Counted from the stretch's first letter, positions 1 through 9,942 are shown. The stretch: DNA of 64,000 bases from an uncultured bacterium (GCA_965112635.1 OZ218778.1:576001-640000); one strand, 5' to 3'. The notes: generated from the sequence alone by a model not told the origin. Numbers and translations: made by a program.

Positions 1-150
1 GCAGCGGGAGCTGTCGGCCTTGAGCGTCTTGGTCTCCTCGTCCCAGATATGGGCGGAATAGGAGCACAGCCGCACGCAGGCCAGACACTGCACGCATTTG
101 TCTTCGTCGCGTTCGATGATGAACTCGTTGAGGTATTGGGGTTTAGCCAT
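1..150 (-). CDS. Glutamate synthase-related protein, N-terminal 4Fe-4S ferredoxin part (partial, runs off window start)
   Basis: Manual translation from ATG at 150: [50 protein letters not shown], a CxxCxxCxxxC motif. It overlaps the stop of the GATase gene, as in split glutamate synthases. Confidence 0.7.
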   Translation of the reverse strand, partial: MAKPQYLNEFIIERDEDKCVQCLACVRLCSYSAHIWDEETKTLKADSSRC

Positions 151-1267
151 GGCCCACCTTCAGCTTTCCGATGGTCGGGACGCCGGCGTCCGGCATCCAG
201 ACCTCGCTCAGGTCGGGGCAGACGACGCGGATGGCGGCCTCTTCCGAGGCCAGATAAAGGAAATCGCCTTTGCGGCCCGCGACCAGCGGCCTGAGCTTGA
301 CGCGGTCGTTCAGGCCCACCATGAACTGGTTGTTGGCCACGATGACGCCGAAAGGCCCGTTGATCAGGGCCGGCCCGTATTGCATCCGCAGGGCTCTCAG
401 CATTTCTTTCTCCTGCGGGTCCATCTTCCGTTCGATGGTGCTCCAGAACGGCGCGGCCAAAACCTTGCCCGTGGTCTCGAAGTCCAGCCCGTTTTTCCTG
501 ACCAGAAGGTCAAAGAGGTAGGTGATGACCTCGGTGTCCGTGGACAGGGTGCAGTCATATCCGAAATTTTTGAGGTAGCGCCGGTTGGTGCCGTAGGAGG
601 ATATCTCGCCGTTGTGCACTACGGACCAGTCCAGCAAACCAAAAGGATGGGCCCCGCCCCACCACCCGGCCGAGTTGGTCGGGAACCGGTTGTGCGCAGT
701 CCATAGGTAGCCTTTGTAAGTGGGGATGCGGAAGAACTCGCCGATCTCCTCCGGATGCCCCTGGCCTTTGAAGATGCCCATGTTCTTACCCGAGGAGAAC
801 ACGAACGCGCCGTCGATGTCCCTGTTGATGTCCATCACGATCTTGACGATGAAATCCTGCTCGTCGTACCGTTCCAGCGGGTTGTTCAAAGACTCTTCTT
901 TGACGTCCAGGAAATACCGGCGCAGGATGGGGACGAACCGCAGGGTCTTCACATAGGTGCTGGGGATGGGCTCCTCAAGGACGACCTTGAAATGCTTTTT
1001 CAAAAGCGCCTCGGTCTCCGCCACAGCCGTGTCTTTTTGGAACATCAGGTGGAAACACCACTGGTCTTTGAGCTGGGGGTAGATGCCGTAGGCGGCAAAA
1101 CCCGAGCCCAGGCCGTTGCCCCTTTCCCTCATATTGACGATGGACGCGTAAATATCGGCGCCGGAAAAGGCAACGCCTTTTTCGTTCATGATGCCGGTCA
1201 CTCCGCACGCGGAGGGTATCCGGTAATCAACATCTCCTAAAGGTTGTCCATCATTTCTTCTGAACAT
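143..1267 (-). CDS. Class II glutamine amidotransferase, stand-alone glutamate synthase GATase subunit
   Basis: Propeptide followed by ACGVTG (Ntn Cys); [51 protein letters not shown] and ASEE motifs. Confidence 0.88.
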   Translation of the reverse strand: MFRRNDGQPLGDVDYRIPSACGVTGIMNEKGVAFSGADIYASIVNMRERGNGLGSGFAAYGIYPQLKDQWCFHLMFQKDTAVAETEALLKKHFKVVLEEPIPSTYVKTLRFVPILRRYFLDVKEESLNNPLERYDEQDFIVKIVMDINRDIDGAFVFSSGKNMGIFKGQGHPEEIGEFFRIPTYKGYLWTAHNRFPTNSAGWWGGAHPFGLLDWSVVHNGEISSYGTNRRYLKNFGYDCTLSTDTEVITYLFDLLVRKNGLDFETTGKVLAAPFWSTIERKMDPQEKEMLRALRMQYGPALINGPFGVIVANNQFMVGLNDRVKLRPLVAGRKGDFLYLASEEAAIRVVCPDLSEVWMPDAGVPTIGKLKVGHG

Positions 1268-1407
1268 TTCTCATTCTCCTGATATTGCAGTGGCTTAGTT
1301 ATATCGCATTTTTAATGATTTTGTAGCCCCAGCCGTATTTTTCCTGCAGTTATACCTGTTATTTGGCCTTTACACGGGAAAAATAAGGATTGGGCATAAC
1401 AGAAATC

Positions 1408-1428
1408 AAGTAACTAGTGGGGTTACTT
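1408..1428. promoter_or_regulatory. Perfect palindrome AAGTAAC-N7-GTTACTT upstream of glutamate synthase genes; candidate operator
   Basis: Dyad read directly in the AT-rich intergenic region 1268-1622. Confidence 0.35.
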
Positions 1429-1622
1429 CAGACCTCGCTTGAAAACTGGCTGTTTTTGGAACCACCCAGCCCGCTGTTCTCTCCCGGGTCTAAGGATTGT
1501 AAGTTGTTCTACCAAAGAAACCTTGTAACTTAATACTAACGCACAAAGGGTAAAGAATCAATAAAGATGTCAGAGCTGAGTGGAATGGAAACAATCTGTT
1601 GTTCCTGAGGCAAAAGAACCTC

Positions 1623-2402
1623 CTATTGAATTGGAATATTCCACTTCTTGGGATCGGTCAGCACTGTTTGATTGGCGATGGTCTGCAAAAACTGCGCGGT
1701 CTCTTTGGGCAAATCCGCCCGATACCCCAATCCCTCCGGGCTTTTGGCATAGATAGCCGCGTAGAACACACAGGCGGCCAGATAGGTCCCGGTCATGGTG
1801 GGATGGCTTCCGTCCCCCTGCCACAGGTCCAGGCCCGGCCTCTGTGCCAAAGCCGCTTTCCAGGCCTCGCCCACCGGAGCGACCCTGAGCCCCAGCTCCT
1901 GGGCTATGCCCAGATAACCCCGGGTCAACTGTTCCTGCATGGAATTAAAATCACTGAACCCGAACTCCGGCATGCCCCCTCGCCTGCCCCAGGTCAGGTA
2001 AAGAATGGGACTGGCTCCGGCCTGCTTTATCTTTTCGTTCAGGCTGCGGACCGCCGGATACATTTCATTGTTCCTGGAATTTTCTACGGCAGGGACCACG
2101 CTCTGCTCCTGCAAAACCACAAAATCCCATTGGCGCTCTTTGAGCTTGTTCAGGGCCGGCTCGGCCGTATCATGCTGTCGGAGCGTCCACCCGCCCGGGG
2201 CCGACATGCCGGTCACGATCTCATAACCGCCGGAATCAGCCAGTTTTACCAGGGTCTGAGGCAGGTCGTTCACATAGGTGTAACTGTTGCCGATGAACAG
2301 GATGGATTTTTTGGGTCCGGCCTGATGTCTGCTGCAACCCGCACTTAGGCCAAGGAGCAGGACTGCGCTAACAAAATATCGGAGAATTGCTTTGTTTCTC
2401 AT
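1623..2402 (-). CDS. SGNH/GDSL-type hydrolase lipoprotein (DUF4886-like esterase)
   Basis: Lipobox LSAGC; ILFIGNSYT (block I Ser), VVLQEQS, DGSHP (DxxH). Confidence 0.8.
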   Translation of the reverse strand: MRNKAILRYFVSAVLLLGLSAGCSRHQAGPKKSILFIGNSYTYVNDLPQTLVKLADSGGYEIVTGMSAPGGWTLRQHDTAEPALNKLKERQWDFVVLQEQSVVPAVENSRNNEMYPAVRSLNEKIKQAGASPILYLTWGRRGGMPEFGFSDFNSMQEQLTRGYLGIAQELGLRVAPVGEAWKAALAQRPGLDLWQGDGSHPTMTGTYLAACVFYAAIYAKSPEGLGYRADLPKETAQFLQTIANQTVLTDPKKWNIPIQ

Positions 2403-2492
2403 TTATCTCCTCCGGTCGCGGGAGAACACAAGTCAGAGCGTATTATCTTTTCTTACCGCAGGGGCACGACGCCCAATGCTATGGGGTGGATT

Positions 2493-3203
2493 TTAACGCA
2501 CCAAATGGTCCAGTAAAAATTGGGTCTGTTTTTGCACCACCGACAGGGGCATCATGGAGCCGTGGCCCATGCCCGGGACTTCCACATACTCGATGTCGTG
2601 TTTCCCCAGCCTCATGGCCCGCACAAAACGGTCCGAATGCATCTTTTTGTTGACTAAATCGTCCTTGTCCCCGTGAATGACCAGGTAAGGGATACGCGGC
2701 ATGGCCCTGACCTGGTGCAGGGGAGAATGTTCGCGGAGCACTTTGGCCAAAGGCTGTTTGTATCCGCTGAAAGCGTGGAGAAAGGTGCGGGGCAGATCGG
2801 GCCGCTCGTTGAAATGGCCGGGCAGGTCGCAGACCGGGAACAAGGCCATGCAGGCGGACACGGGTTTCCTGGCATAGCGGGTGTACAGCAGGGCGCTGCA
2901 GCCGCCCATGCTGGCGCCGGTCGACAACAAAGGCACGGAGTCGGCCAGTTTGTATTCCCTATAGACCGCCCTGACCAGGTCGTCGACCATGGCCCGGGCC
3001 TGCCGGTTCATCCATGCCCAGGGGCCGTAATAGGGATAGACCAGCAGTCCCCCGGCCCGGGCACACTCGATCTCCGCGGGTGATTCCGGGCTTTCCTTCA
3101 TAATGGTCGAGCCCAGTCCGTGGAACTGCAGTACCACCCCGGTGACGGGCTTTTTGGTAAAACGGTCGGATATCCAGGCAACCTGTTTGATCCATGGGTC
3201 CAT
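2493..3203 (-). CDS. Alpha/beta hydrolase (S9/esterase-like)
   Basis: FHGLG oxyanion region, GASMGG nucleophile, IHGDKDDLV, GMGHG. Confidence 0.85.
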   Translation of the reverse strand: MDPWIKQVAWISDRFTKKPVTGVVLQFHGLGSTIMKESPESPAEIECARAGGLLVYPYYGPWAWMNRQARAMVDDLVRAVYREYKLADSVPLLSTGASMGGCSALLYTRYARKPVSACMALFPVCDLPGHFNERPDLPRTFLHAFSGYKQPLAKVLREHSPLHQVRAMPRIPYLVIHGDKDDLVNKKMHSDRFVRAMRLGKHDIEYVEVPGMGHGSMMPLSVVQKQTQFLLDHLVR

Positions 3204-3215
3204 TGTCCAGCTCCC

Positions 3216-3572
3216 CTAAAACCTCTTGCTCAAAATGTGGATGAGGACCTCGGCCAGGGTCAAATAGACCAGGTCCGTGAGGATGACCGTCAGGTAGAAC
3301 CAGACGCTCTCGGATTGTTTGAAAAAAGAACGCAGGAGCCTGAAACTCATGAAACAAACGATGCAGAGGCAGACGGCCAGGATGACCATCACCTTCATGG
3401 AGATGACAATGCCTTTGAGCTCGTCATAGCCCATGCTGGCCAGCTTGGCCAGGCAGTAATTGATGACCAGCCAGATGACCGAAAAAGCCAGGCTCATGGC
3501 CACGTTGATCATCGAGGAATCCGTCCTGTTGATCCAGTCTTTTTCTCCAACCACTTTAGGATCGTCTGCCAT
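3216..3572 (-). CDS. Hypothetical membrane protein, about 3 TM helices
   Basis: AGGAG RBS, three hydrophobic stretches, fits the minus-strand gene run. Confidence 0.6.
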   Translation of the reverse strand: MADDPKVVGEKDWINRTDSSMINVAMSLAFSVIWLVINYCLAKLASMGYDELKGIVISMKVMVILAVCLCIVCFMSFRLLRSFFKQSESVWFYLTVILTDLVYLTLAEVLIHILSKRF

Positions 3573-3625
3573 AGCTTCTCCTAACAGTCTGCTTCAAATG
3601 TTTTTTATGATACCAAAGCAGACTG

Positions 3626-4696
3626 TTAATACTTCCCGTATTGTTGCCCGGTCTCGTACATGGCCAAAACATTTTCCGTGGGCGAGTTGTCCTGCAATTC
3701 GTGGGTCGGCGAAAAGCAATAGCCTCCGCCGGGCATCATGATGTCCAAAATGTTCTTGCAATACTCCCTGACCTGCTCCTCGGACCCGAAGGACACGGGC
3801 CCGGCCGTGCTGATGCAGCCGTGGAACGCCAGCCTGCCCCCAAAGGTCTTTTTAAGATATTCCGGGGACATATTCTTGGCCTCGGGCTGCAGAGTATCCA
3901 CGATATTGACGCCCATCTCGATGAAATCCTCGTAAACCCAGCTGCTCGACCCGCAGGTATGGACCATGACCGGCAGGTCAAAGGACTTGGCCACGTCAAT
4001 AAGCTTCTGGTGCAAAGGCCGGATGTTCTTGCGGTAGGTCTCCTTGCTGACCATGGGCGCCTGCTGGGTGCCCAGGTCTTCGCCCATCCAAAAAAAATCT
4101 ATCCCGCCTTTGGCCGCTTCCAAAGTCCGGGCCAGCATCTCCACCTGGATGTCCACCCGCCTCTTGGCCAGCAAAAGCCCGGCCGGCTCGTCGGTCACCA
4201 GGTCCACCAGGGTCTGCTCCATGTTCCTGATCATGCCGTTGGTGTTGATGACATCGCCCATGCCGGCATGGCCCGTAAACACGGCAAACTCCTTGTATCT
4301 ACGGCACTGCTCTGCCACTCCGCTGTAGTCAAAATCGTCCGCTGAGGGCATGGGCCAGCGGGCCACTTCCTCTTTGGTGGCGTTCTGCAGCGGGAAATCG
4401 CAAAAATCCCAGTATCCGCCGCTGCCATGCTCGATATAGCGGCGGTGGATGCCCCAGATATCCACCAGCACCCCTCGCTCCGGGATATCGCTGTGCTTTT
4501 TCTTTCCGATAAATTCCGGCCATATTCCGCGGAAATCCACCTCCAGGGCCTGCCTCAACCCCTCTGCATCTTCCGGGCCCAAACCAAAATGCTTTTTGAG
4601 CCTGGCGTCTATCCCCGGATTGGCCATGTAATCAATGGGCACCCGGTCGGTTTTTTGGTAGCCGAAAGTTTTTAAAACCCGTTCTTTAGAAGTCAT
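3626..4696 (-). CDS. Uroporphyrinogen decarboxylase / MtaA-CmuA superfamily protein
   Basis: MTSKERV...DRVP start, GEDLGTQ, MVHTCGSS, GGGYCFSPTHELQ..PTENV. Confidence 0.85.
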   Translation of the reverse strand: MTSKERVLKTFGYQKTDRVPIDYMANPGIDARLKKHFGLGPEDAEGLRQALEVDFRGIWPEFIGKKKHSDIPERGVLVDIWGIHRRYIEHGSGGYWDFCDFPLQNATKEEVARWPMPSADDFDYSGVAEQCRRYKEFAVFTGHAGMGDVINTNGMIRNMEQTLVDLVTDEPAGLLLAKRRVDIQVEMLARTLEAAKGGIDFFWMGEDLGTQQAPMVSKETYRKNIRPLHQKLIDVAKSFDLPVMVHTCGSSSWVYEDFIEMGVNIVDTLQPEAKNMSPEYLKKTFGGRLAFHGCISTAGPVSFGSEEQVREYCKNILDIMMPGGGYCFSPTHELQDNSPTENVLAMYETGQQYGKY

Positions 4697-4716
4697 ATGC
4701 TTCCTCCTTGGAAATC

Positions 4717-7020
4717 TTACATCACCACTTTGACGCTGTGGGTCTTATTATCCGTGAATAAAGGAAGGAGGTTGCCGGTAATCTTTTTGCCGTCCACCTC
4801 TATGGAGGTTACGCCGAACTGCTTTTTATTGGGGTTGGCAAACTCCACTTCATACTGGCATCCCCGGAAAGCCCTTTTTAAACTGAATTTGTCCCAGTGC
4901 GAAGGCACGCAGGGGTCGATCAAAAGGCCGTTATAGGAGGCCCGCACGCCGATCATGTAGCTGGTCATGGTGTTATACAGCCAGTCCGCCGTACCCGTGA
5001 TCCAGGAATACAGGATCTCGCCTTTCCTGGGATGCTCTGGCCCGTAATACATGTTGGTCACCATATAGGGCGGGCATCCGGAATGGGATGAGGGATTGAC
5101 CTCGCTGTCCGGCAGGATCTTTTTCATGGACCGGTAGGCCTCGTTGGCCCGTTTGATGCTGATATCCGCGAATATTTTAAAGGAGGTGCCGTGGCAGTAG
5201 GGCGAGGAGTTTTCCCACATACCCGGGATAAAGGTGGTCAGGCGGCCGATGCCGGGGTTTTTATGGCGGTAGGCCGGAGTCATGACCAGAGAGCCGTAAT
5301 CGCACTCCAGGTCGTTGTCGATGACCTTCAAAATGCTCTTGAGCCTTTCGCCTTCCGCGACCCCGGCCATGATGGCCCAGGTCTGCGGGTTGAGGTAGAC
5401 CCGGCCCTCTTTTTCCGTATGGGAGCCGACCTTTTCACCGGCGTCATTGATGCCTTCCAAATACCATTGGCCATCCCAGCCCTGCTCGTTGATGGTCCGC
5501 TTGAGCCGCTCCGACCTGTCCTTGAGCTCGTGCACCAGGCTGTTGTCGTGAAAAACTTCCCGGGCGATGTCCATGGCCTTGGACATGCTGTAGACCATGG
5601 CAATGGAGGTCCAGACCGTCTCCCCTTTTTCCCCGATGCCTATCCAGTTCAAAGAGTCGTTCCAGTCCCCGAAATGCGCCTTGATGAGCCGGTGCGAACC
5701 CAGGTCGTCCGTGGAGTGTCGGATGGCGGTCAGGGTGTGTTCCCAGACCGTGGCTTCGCCTTTGTCGAAATACGGCACTTTTTCATGGAGCAGCCTGAGG
5801 TCGCCGGTCTCCCGCAGGTACGAGTCCAAAGCCGGCGCGATCCACACCGGGCCGTCCGAATAATGGTGGTCGTCCACCGGGTCCCAACCCCGCAGGGTGT
5901 GTCCGTCGCTGTACTGGTGCTTCAAAGACTCGATGATCTTGCGCTTGGCGCCCTCCGGGTCGTAGCCGGCCACGGCCCAGACCGCCTGCAAAACATCCCG
6001 CAGGCCCTTGCCCGTGTCGGTGCCCACCTCGGTGTGCAGCTGCACGGAGCGCTTGATCCAGTAGTTGAACAGGCTGTTTAGCTTTTCCTCGGGCGTCTCG
6101 ATAAACACGCTGGTGTAACTTTTGACCAGGTTCTCCGTGACCGCCTGGAACTCCTCGTCTATCTTGCCCGGCTGGAACCAGCGGTCGCAAAAACTCTCGG
6201 CCAGTTCCATGGTGTCCGTGGCGCCGAACATCACGTTGAAAGTGGTCTCCTGGCCTGGTTTGAGCTCAAAGGTATGCTCCAGAGCGCCGCAGAGCTTTTC
6301 CGCCGCGGCCAGGCTGTTGCGGCAGCGTCCCTCCATCACGGCCTGCGGGCAGTTGACCTGGCTCATACCCAAAAACGCCTTGCGGGAGGAGTCAAAGCCG
6401 GTGGGTTTCAGGTCCGAGGCCACAAACGCGTTGAAAAAGTTGTGAGGCCTCTCCGGCGCGCCGTTAAAACTGACCAGCAGATTTTTTTCCTGATTGTAAG
6501 CGCCCGTGAGGGATGAAAAGTAATCGCAATATTCCTGGTAGCCCTTGAGGAGCCAGTCCGCGAAAGAATAGAACTGGACCTTGCGCGGGTTGGCGCCTTT
6601 GTTCCTGAGGGTGACGGTCCACAGTTCCACCGGGTCGGTCGAGGGTACGAACACCCGCATCCTGGTCTCGATCTGGTCTTTTTCCGACTCCAGCGTGGAA
6701 TACCCCAGCCCGTGCCTGCAGGAAAAGCGGTCCAGCTTCTCCAATACCGGGTACCACCCCGGGCTCCAGACCTTGGCCGTGTCGGCGTCCCGCAAATAAA
6801 AATGCCGGTTCTCGTCCCGCACCATCAGGCAGCGACAATGCGGGTCCATGTACTGCATGGGCCGCTCCGTGAAACACCCGATGCCCGCCAGATGCTGGCT
6901 AACTCCGGAGATGATCTGGCGGTTCCAGAAATAGTTCACAAAAGGGAGCGGCGTGTTGACTTCGGTCACCACATATTCCCTGCCCTGCTTATCAAAATAA
7001 CCGTAATCGACCCTCTCCAT
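4717..7020 (-). CDS. GH94 glycoside phosphorylase (cellobiose/chitobiose phosphorylase family)
   Basis: YGYFD..GREYV, TPLPFVNY, FYLRD, RHGLGYS, GDWNDSL (catalytic Asp), YLNPQTWA, WITGTADW. Start moved to ATG 7020 because the longer ORF overlaps the divergent gene. Confidence 0.9.
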   Translation of the reverse strand: MERVDYGYFDKQGREYVVTEVNTPLPFVNYFWNRQIISGVSQHLAGIGCFTERPMQYMDPHCRCLMVRDENRHFYLRDADTAKVWSPGWYPVLEKLDRFSCRHGLGYSTLESEKDQIETRMRVFVPSTDPVELWTVTLRNKGANPRKVQFYSFADWLLKGYQEYCDYFSSLTGAYNQEKNLLVSFNGAPERPHNFFNAFVASDLKPTGFDSSRKAFLGMSQVNCPQAVMEGRCRNSLAAAEKLCGALEHTFELKPGQETTFNVMFGATDTMELAESFCDRWFQPGKIDEEFQAVTENLVKSYTSVFIETPEEKLNSLFNYWIKRSVQLHTEVGTDTGKGLRDVLQAVWAVAGYDPEGAKRKIIESLKHQYSDGHTLRGWDPVDDHHYSDGPVWIAPALDSYLRETGDLRLLHEKVPYFDKGEATVWEHTLTAIRHSTDDLGSHRLIKAHFGDWNDSLNWIGIGEKGETVWTSIAMVYSMSKAMDIAREVFHDNSLVHELKDRSERLKRTINEQGWDGQWYLEGINDAGEKVGSHTEKEGRVYLNPQTWAIMAGVAEGERLKSILKVIDNDLECDYGSLVMTPAYRHKNPGIGRLTTFIPGMWENSSPYCHGTSFKIFADISIKRANEAYRSMKKILPDSEVNPSSHSGCPPYMVTNMYYGPEHPRKGEILYSWITGTADWLYNTMTSYMIGVRASYNGLLIDPCVPSHWDKFSLKRAFRGCQYEVEFANPNKKQFGVTSIEVDGKKITGNLLPLFTDNKTHSVKVVM

Positions 7021-7151
7021 CCCGGCCTGCTCTCTTTCTTTTGGTTGTTTAAAATAACGGCCTTCATTATACAATAGAAACGACTTTATAAATATTTCCC
7101 CGCCCTTTGATGCCATAGGCGTACAAAGGGGAGGAATCCATAAGGAGAACC

Positions 7152-8189
7152 ATGGCTGGATCAATAAAAGTCGGTATTATCGGAGCGGGCGCCAACGCCA
7201 AGCTCCGCCATATCCCCGGTTTTCAGGCCATTCCCGGCTGCGAAGTTGCGGCCGTAGCCAACCGCACCATGGAGTCCGGCCAAAAGGTGGCCAAAGAGTT
7301 CAAGATTCCCAAGGTCTATGACCACTGGTCTAAGCTGTTGGACCAGCCGGATATTGACGCGGTCTGCATCGCCACCTGGCCTTATATGCATTGCCCTATC
7401 ACCGTGGAGGCTCTCCGGAAGAACAAGCATGTCCTGTGCGAGGCACGGATGGCTATGAACAGCCGCGAAGCCCATAAAATGTTAGAAGCCAGCCACAAAC
7501 ACCCCCGGCTGATAGCCCAGGTGGTGCCCGCGCCATTTACTTTCAAGGTGGACCAGACCATCAAGGAACTGGTCGCCAGCGGTTTCCTGGGCGACCTCCT
7601 CGCCATGGAAGTGCGGGTTTTGGACAAAAATTTTGCGGACACCCAGAGCCCTTTGACCTGGCGCCAGGACCGCCAGTTGAGCGGTTACAACACCATGACC
7701 ATGGGCATCTGGTACGAGTGCCTGATGCGCTGGGTCGGCGAGGCCAAAAAGGTCCAGGCCATGTCTAAGGTCTGCGTGGACAAGCGGCCCGGCCCGGACG
7801 GCAAAACGCGTTTTGTGAAGGTCCCTGACCACGTGGATATCACTTGCGCTTTTGGCTGCGGGGCCCAGGCCCACTTGCGTTTCAGCAGCGTGACCGGACT
7901 GGCTCCGGAAAGCGAGGTCTGGCTTTTTGGCTCCAAGGGTACGCTCTACCTCAATGCCGACAAGATGGTCTTGAAGGGCGGCCAAAAGGGCGACAAGGAA
8001 CTGCGTGAGATCCCCGTCCCTCCGGAAAAGCAGGGGCAATGGCAGGTGGAAAAAGATTTCATTGATTCTATCCGGGACCATAAACCTGTTACCCTGACGG
8101 ATTTTGCCACCGGCGTGAAATATATGGAATGGACCGAAGCGGTCATCAAGAGCGCTAAAAAAGGTAAGGCCATCAAACTGCCCCTGTAA
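7152..8189 (+). CDS. Gfo/Idh/MocA family NAD(P)-dependent oxidoreductase
   Basis: KVGIIGAG Rossmann motif, DIDAVCIATW, KHVLCEARMA; AAGGAG RBS. Confidence 0.9.
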   Translation: MAGSIKVGIIGAGANAKLRHIPGFQAIPGCEVAAVANRTMESGQKVAKEFKIPKVYDHWSKLLDQPDIDAVCIATWPYMHCPITVEALRKNKHVLCEARMAMNSREAHKMLEASHKHPRLIAQVVPAPFTFKVDQTIKELVASGFLGDLLAMEVRVLDKNFADTQSPLTWRQDRQLSGYNTMTMGIWYECLMRWVGEAKKVQAMSKVCVDKRPGPDGKTRFVKVPDHVDITCAFGCGAQAHLRFSSVTGLAPESEVWLFGSKGTLYLNADKMVLKGGQKGDKELREIPVPPEKQGQWQVEKDFIDSIRDHKPVTLTDFATGVKYMEWTEAVIKSAKKGKAIKLPL

Positions 8190-8193
8190 AGGA

Positions 8194-9192
8194 CTAGCGG
8201 CTGGCCTTTTCGCAGTATTCCCGGAACAACCTGAGGTAAACTTTGTAATTCTCCAGCGATACGCCCGGCGGGGTCTGGTGGTCCACCGAGGGGATGTAAC
8301 CTCCCGACCGCATGACCGGCAAGAGCCTCTCGAACTCGGCCCGCATGGCCACTTCGCCTTTGTCCATCACCAGCTTGTCATACCCGCCCATCATCAGGAA
8401 ACGCGGATGCTCCCGCCGGATGCGCGCTAGGTCCACCCCGGCCTGCCTCTCCAAAGGGTAAATCCCCTCCAGCCCGGCCTCTGTAAGCCAGGGAATGACC
8501 TCGTGGATGTCGCCGTCGCTGTCCACCAACACCTTGACCCCGTATTTTTTGATATGAGGGATGACCTGGCGGTAATAGGGCGTCATAAACTCCTTGAAAG
8601 CCTTATAGGAAAGCATGGGGCCGTTGTTATAGGAAAAATCCTCGGCAAACCCGACCATATCGGGCTTAATCACCGGGAAAAGCGCTTCCACGGCCCGGAC
8701 ATTAAAGTCAGCCAAATCCTGGTTGATACGGCTTAATAGCTCGGCTTGGTCATAAAAGGAATAGAGATGCCTTTCAATGCCCAGCATGGCCCTGGGAAAC
8801 CAGAAAAACCCGTCCAGCCACAGCCTGATACTGATGGCCCCGGCGTCGTGCTTGGGCTTTAGTTCCAGAGCGGATCTTTTGAGTCCTTCCAGGATGGAAT
8901 CCTGGAAAAGGTAAGGCTTAATCTTCTCATAGGAGGCTTCGTCCGTAAGGATACCCGCGCCGTGGGTCTTTTCCCTGGGGCAATCCACTGTGGCCGCGCC
9001 ACAGCCCAAGCAGATCAAATGGTCCAGCCCGAAAAGCTCTACGAGCTCCTCCCCCTCCAGACCAGCGGCCAGACCTTCCTTTTTCCAGCGCTCTATCGTT
9101 TGGTCCCACCAGGGAGCCCATTCGATCATGGCTAGCCGGTCGTCAGGTTTTTCAAAGTTGAGCGTCTTGAGGAAGCGCTCACGGGGAGTCAC
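8194..9192 (-). CDS. Second URO-D/MtaA superfamily protein
   Basis: MTPRERF...DRL start, FAEDFSY, VDSDGDI, YPLERQAG, GGYIPSVDHQTPP. Confidence 0.85.
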   Translation of the reverse strand: MTPRERFLKTLNFEKPDDRLAMIEWAPWWDQTIERWKKEGLAAGLEGEELVELFGLDHLICLGCGAATVDCPREKTHGAGILTDEASYEKIKPYLFQDSILEGLKRSALELKPKHDAGAISIRLWLDGFFWFPRAMLGIERHLYSFYDQAELLSRINQDLADFNVRAVEALFPVIKPDMVGFAEDFSYNNGPMLSYKAFKEFMTPYYRQVIPHIKKYGVKVLVDSDGDIHEVIPWLTEAGLEGIYPLERQAGVDLARIRREHPRFLMMGGYDKLVMDKGEVAMRAEFERLLPVMRSGGYIPSVDHQTPPGVSLENYKVYLRLFREYCEKASR

Positions 9193-9201
9193 AAAAACCT
9201 C

Positions 9202-9942
9202 CTAGTCCAGGTTAAGAAGCTTGAAGGCCAGCATGAGCCCGATGCCCAGGATAAAGAGAGCCATGGAAATCGCGGCGCGCTTTGAGTCTTCCTGCTTGTG
9301 CAGTTCCGGGATGAGGTCGCAGCAGGCGATATACACGAACCCTCCGGCTGCAAAGGGCAGGACCATTTGGCCGAACCCGCTCACAGCCAGGCCGTAAAAA
9401 TATCCCAGGACCGAGCCCAGGATAGCCGTGACCGCGGTCAGGAAGTTATAGAACAGGGCCCTGGTCTTGCTAAACCCGCCGTAGACCAGTATGCCGAAAT
9501 CGCCCAGTTCGTGCGGGATCTCGTGCATGACGATGGCCAGGGTGGCCACCAGCCCGAAATTGATACTGACCAGGAAGCTGGCTCCGATGATGACCCCGTC
9601 CATGAAATTATGGAGGCTGGAGCCGAATATATTAAGGTAGGTATAGGGGTGCACCTTGCACTCCACGTCGTGACAGTGCCTCCAAAAAAAATACCGTTCC
9701 ATCACGAAGAAAAGGATGAAACCCAGGATCAGGGTGACATAGGTGGCCAGGCCGTTGTGCTGAGCCAAAGATTCGGGCAGCAGGTGGAAAAAGGCCGCGC
9801 CGATCAATCCGCCGGCCGCGAACGCCACCAGGTAGATCAGAACGGCATGGAGCGTCTTCTCGTTGAGCAAAAAAGTGAGGATGCCGATCAGGGAAAGCAG
9901 GCTCACCGCCACGCTGGCCCCCAGGACCCAGACAATCAACAT
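9202..9942 (-). CDS. ZIP family metal transporter
   Basis: HLLPE, His/Cys loop RHCHDVECKVH, HNFMDG, HEIPHELGDF, DLIPELH; AGGAG before ATG 9942. Confidence 0.92.
   Translation of the reverse strand: MLIVWVLGASVAVSLLSLIGILTFLLNEKTLHAVLIYLVAFAAGGLIGAAFFHLLPESLAQHNGLATYVTLILGFILFFVMERYFFWRHCHDVECKVHPYTYLNIFGSSLHNFMDGVIIGASFLVSINFGLVATLAIVMHEIPHELGDFGILVYGGFSKTRALFYNFLTAVTAILGSVLGYFYGLAVSGFGQMVLPFAAGGFVYIACCDLIPELHKQEDSKRAAISMALFILGIGLMLAFKLLNLD

Noticed and set aside
3626-4696. hemE
   Set aside because: Lacks the MRQAGR motif, has metal-ligand motifs, and no tetrapyrrole genes are nearby.
7021-7164. N-terminal extensions in the ORF track for GH94 (also for hypA, rsmD, the SIS gene, 55989-57602 and 60578-61486)
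   Set aside because: They overlap neighbouring genes, promoters or repeats; downstream starts match family N-termini and usually have a better RBS.
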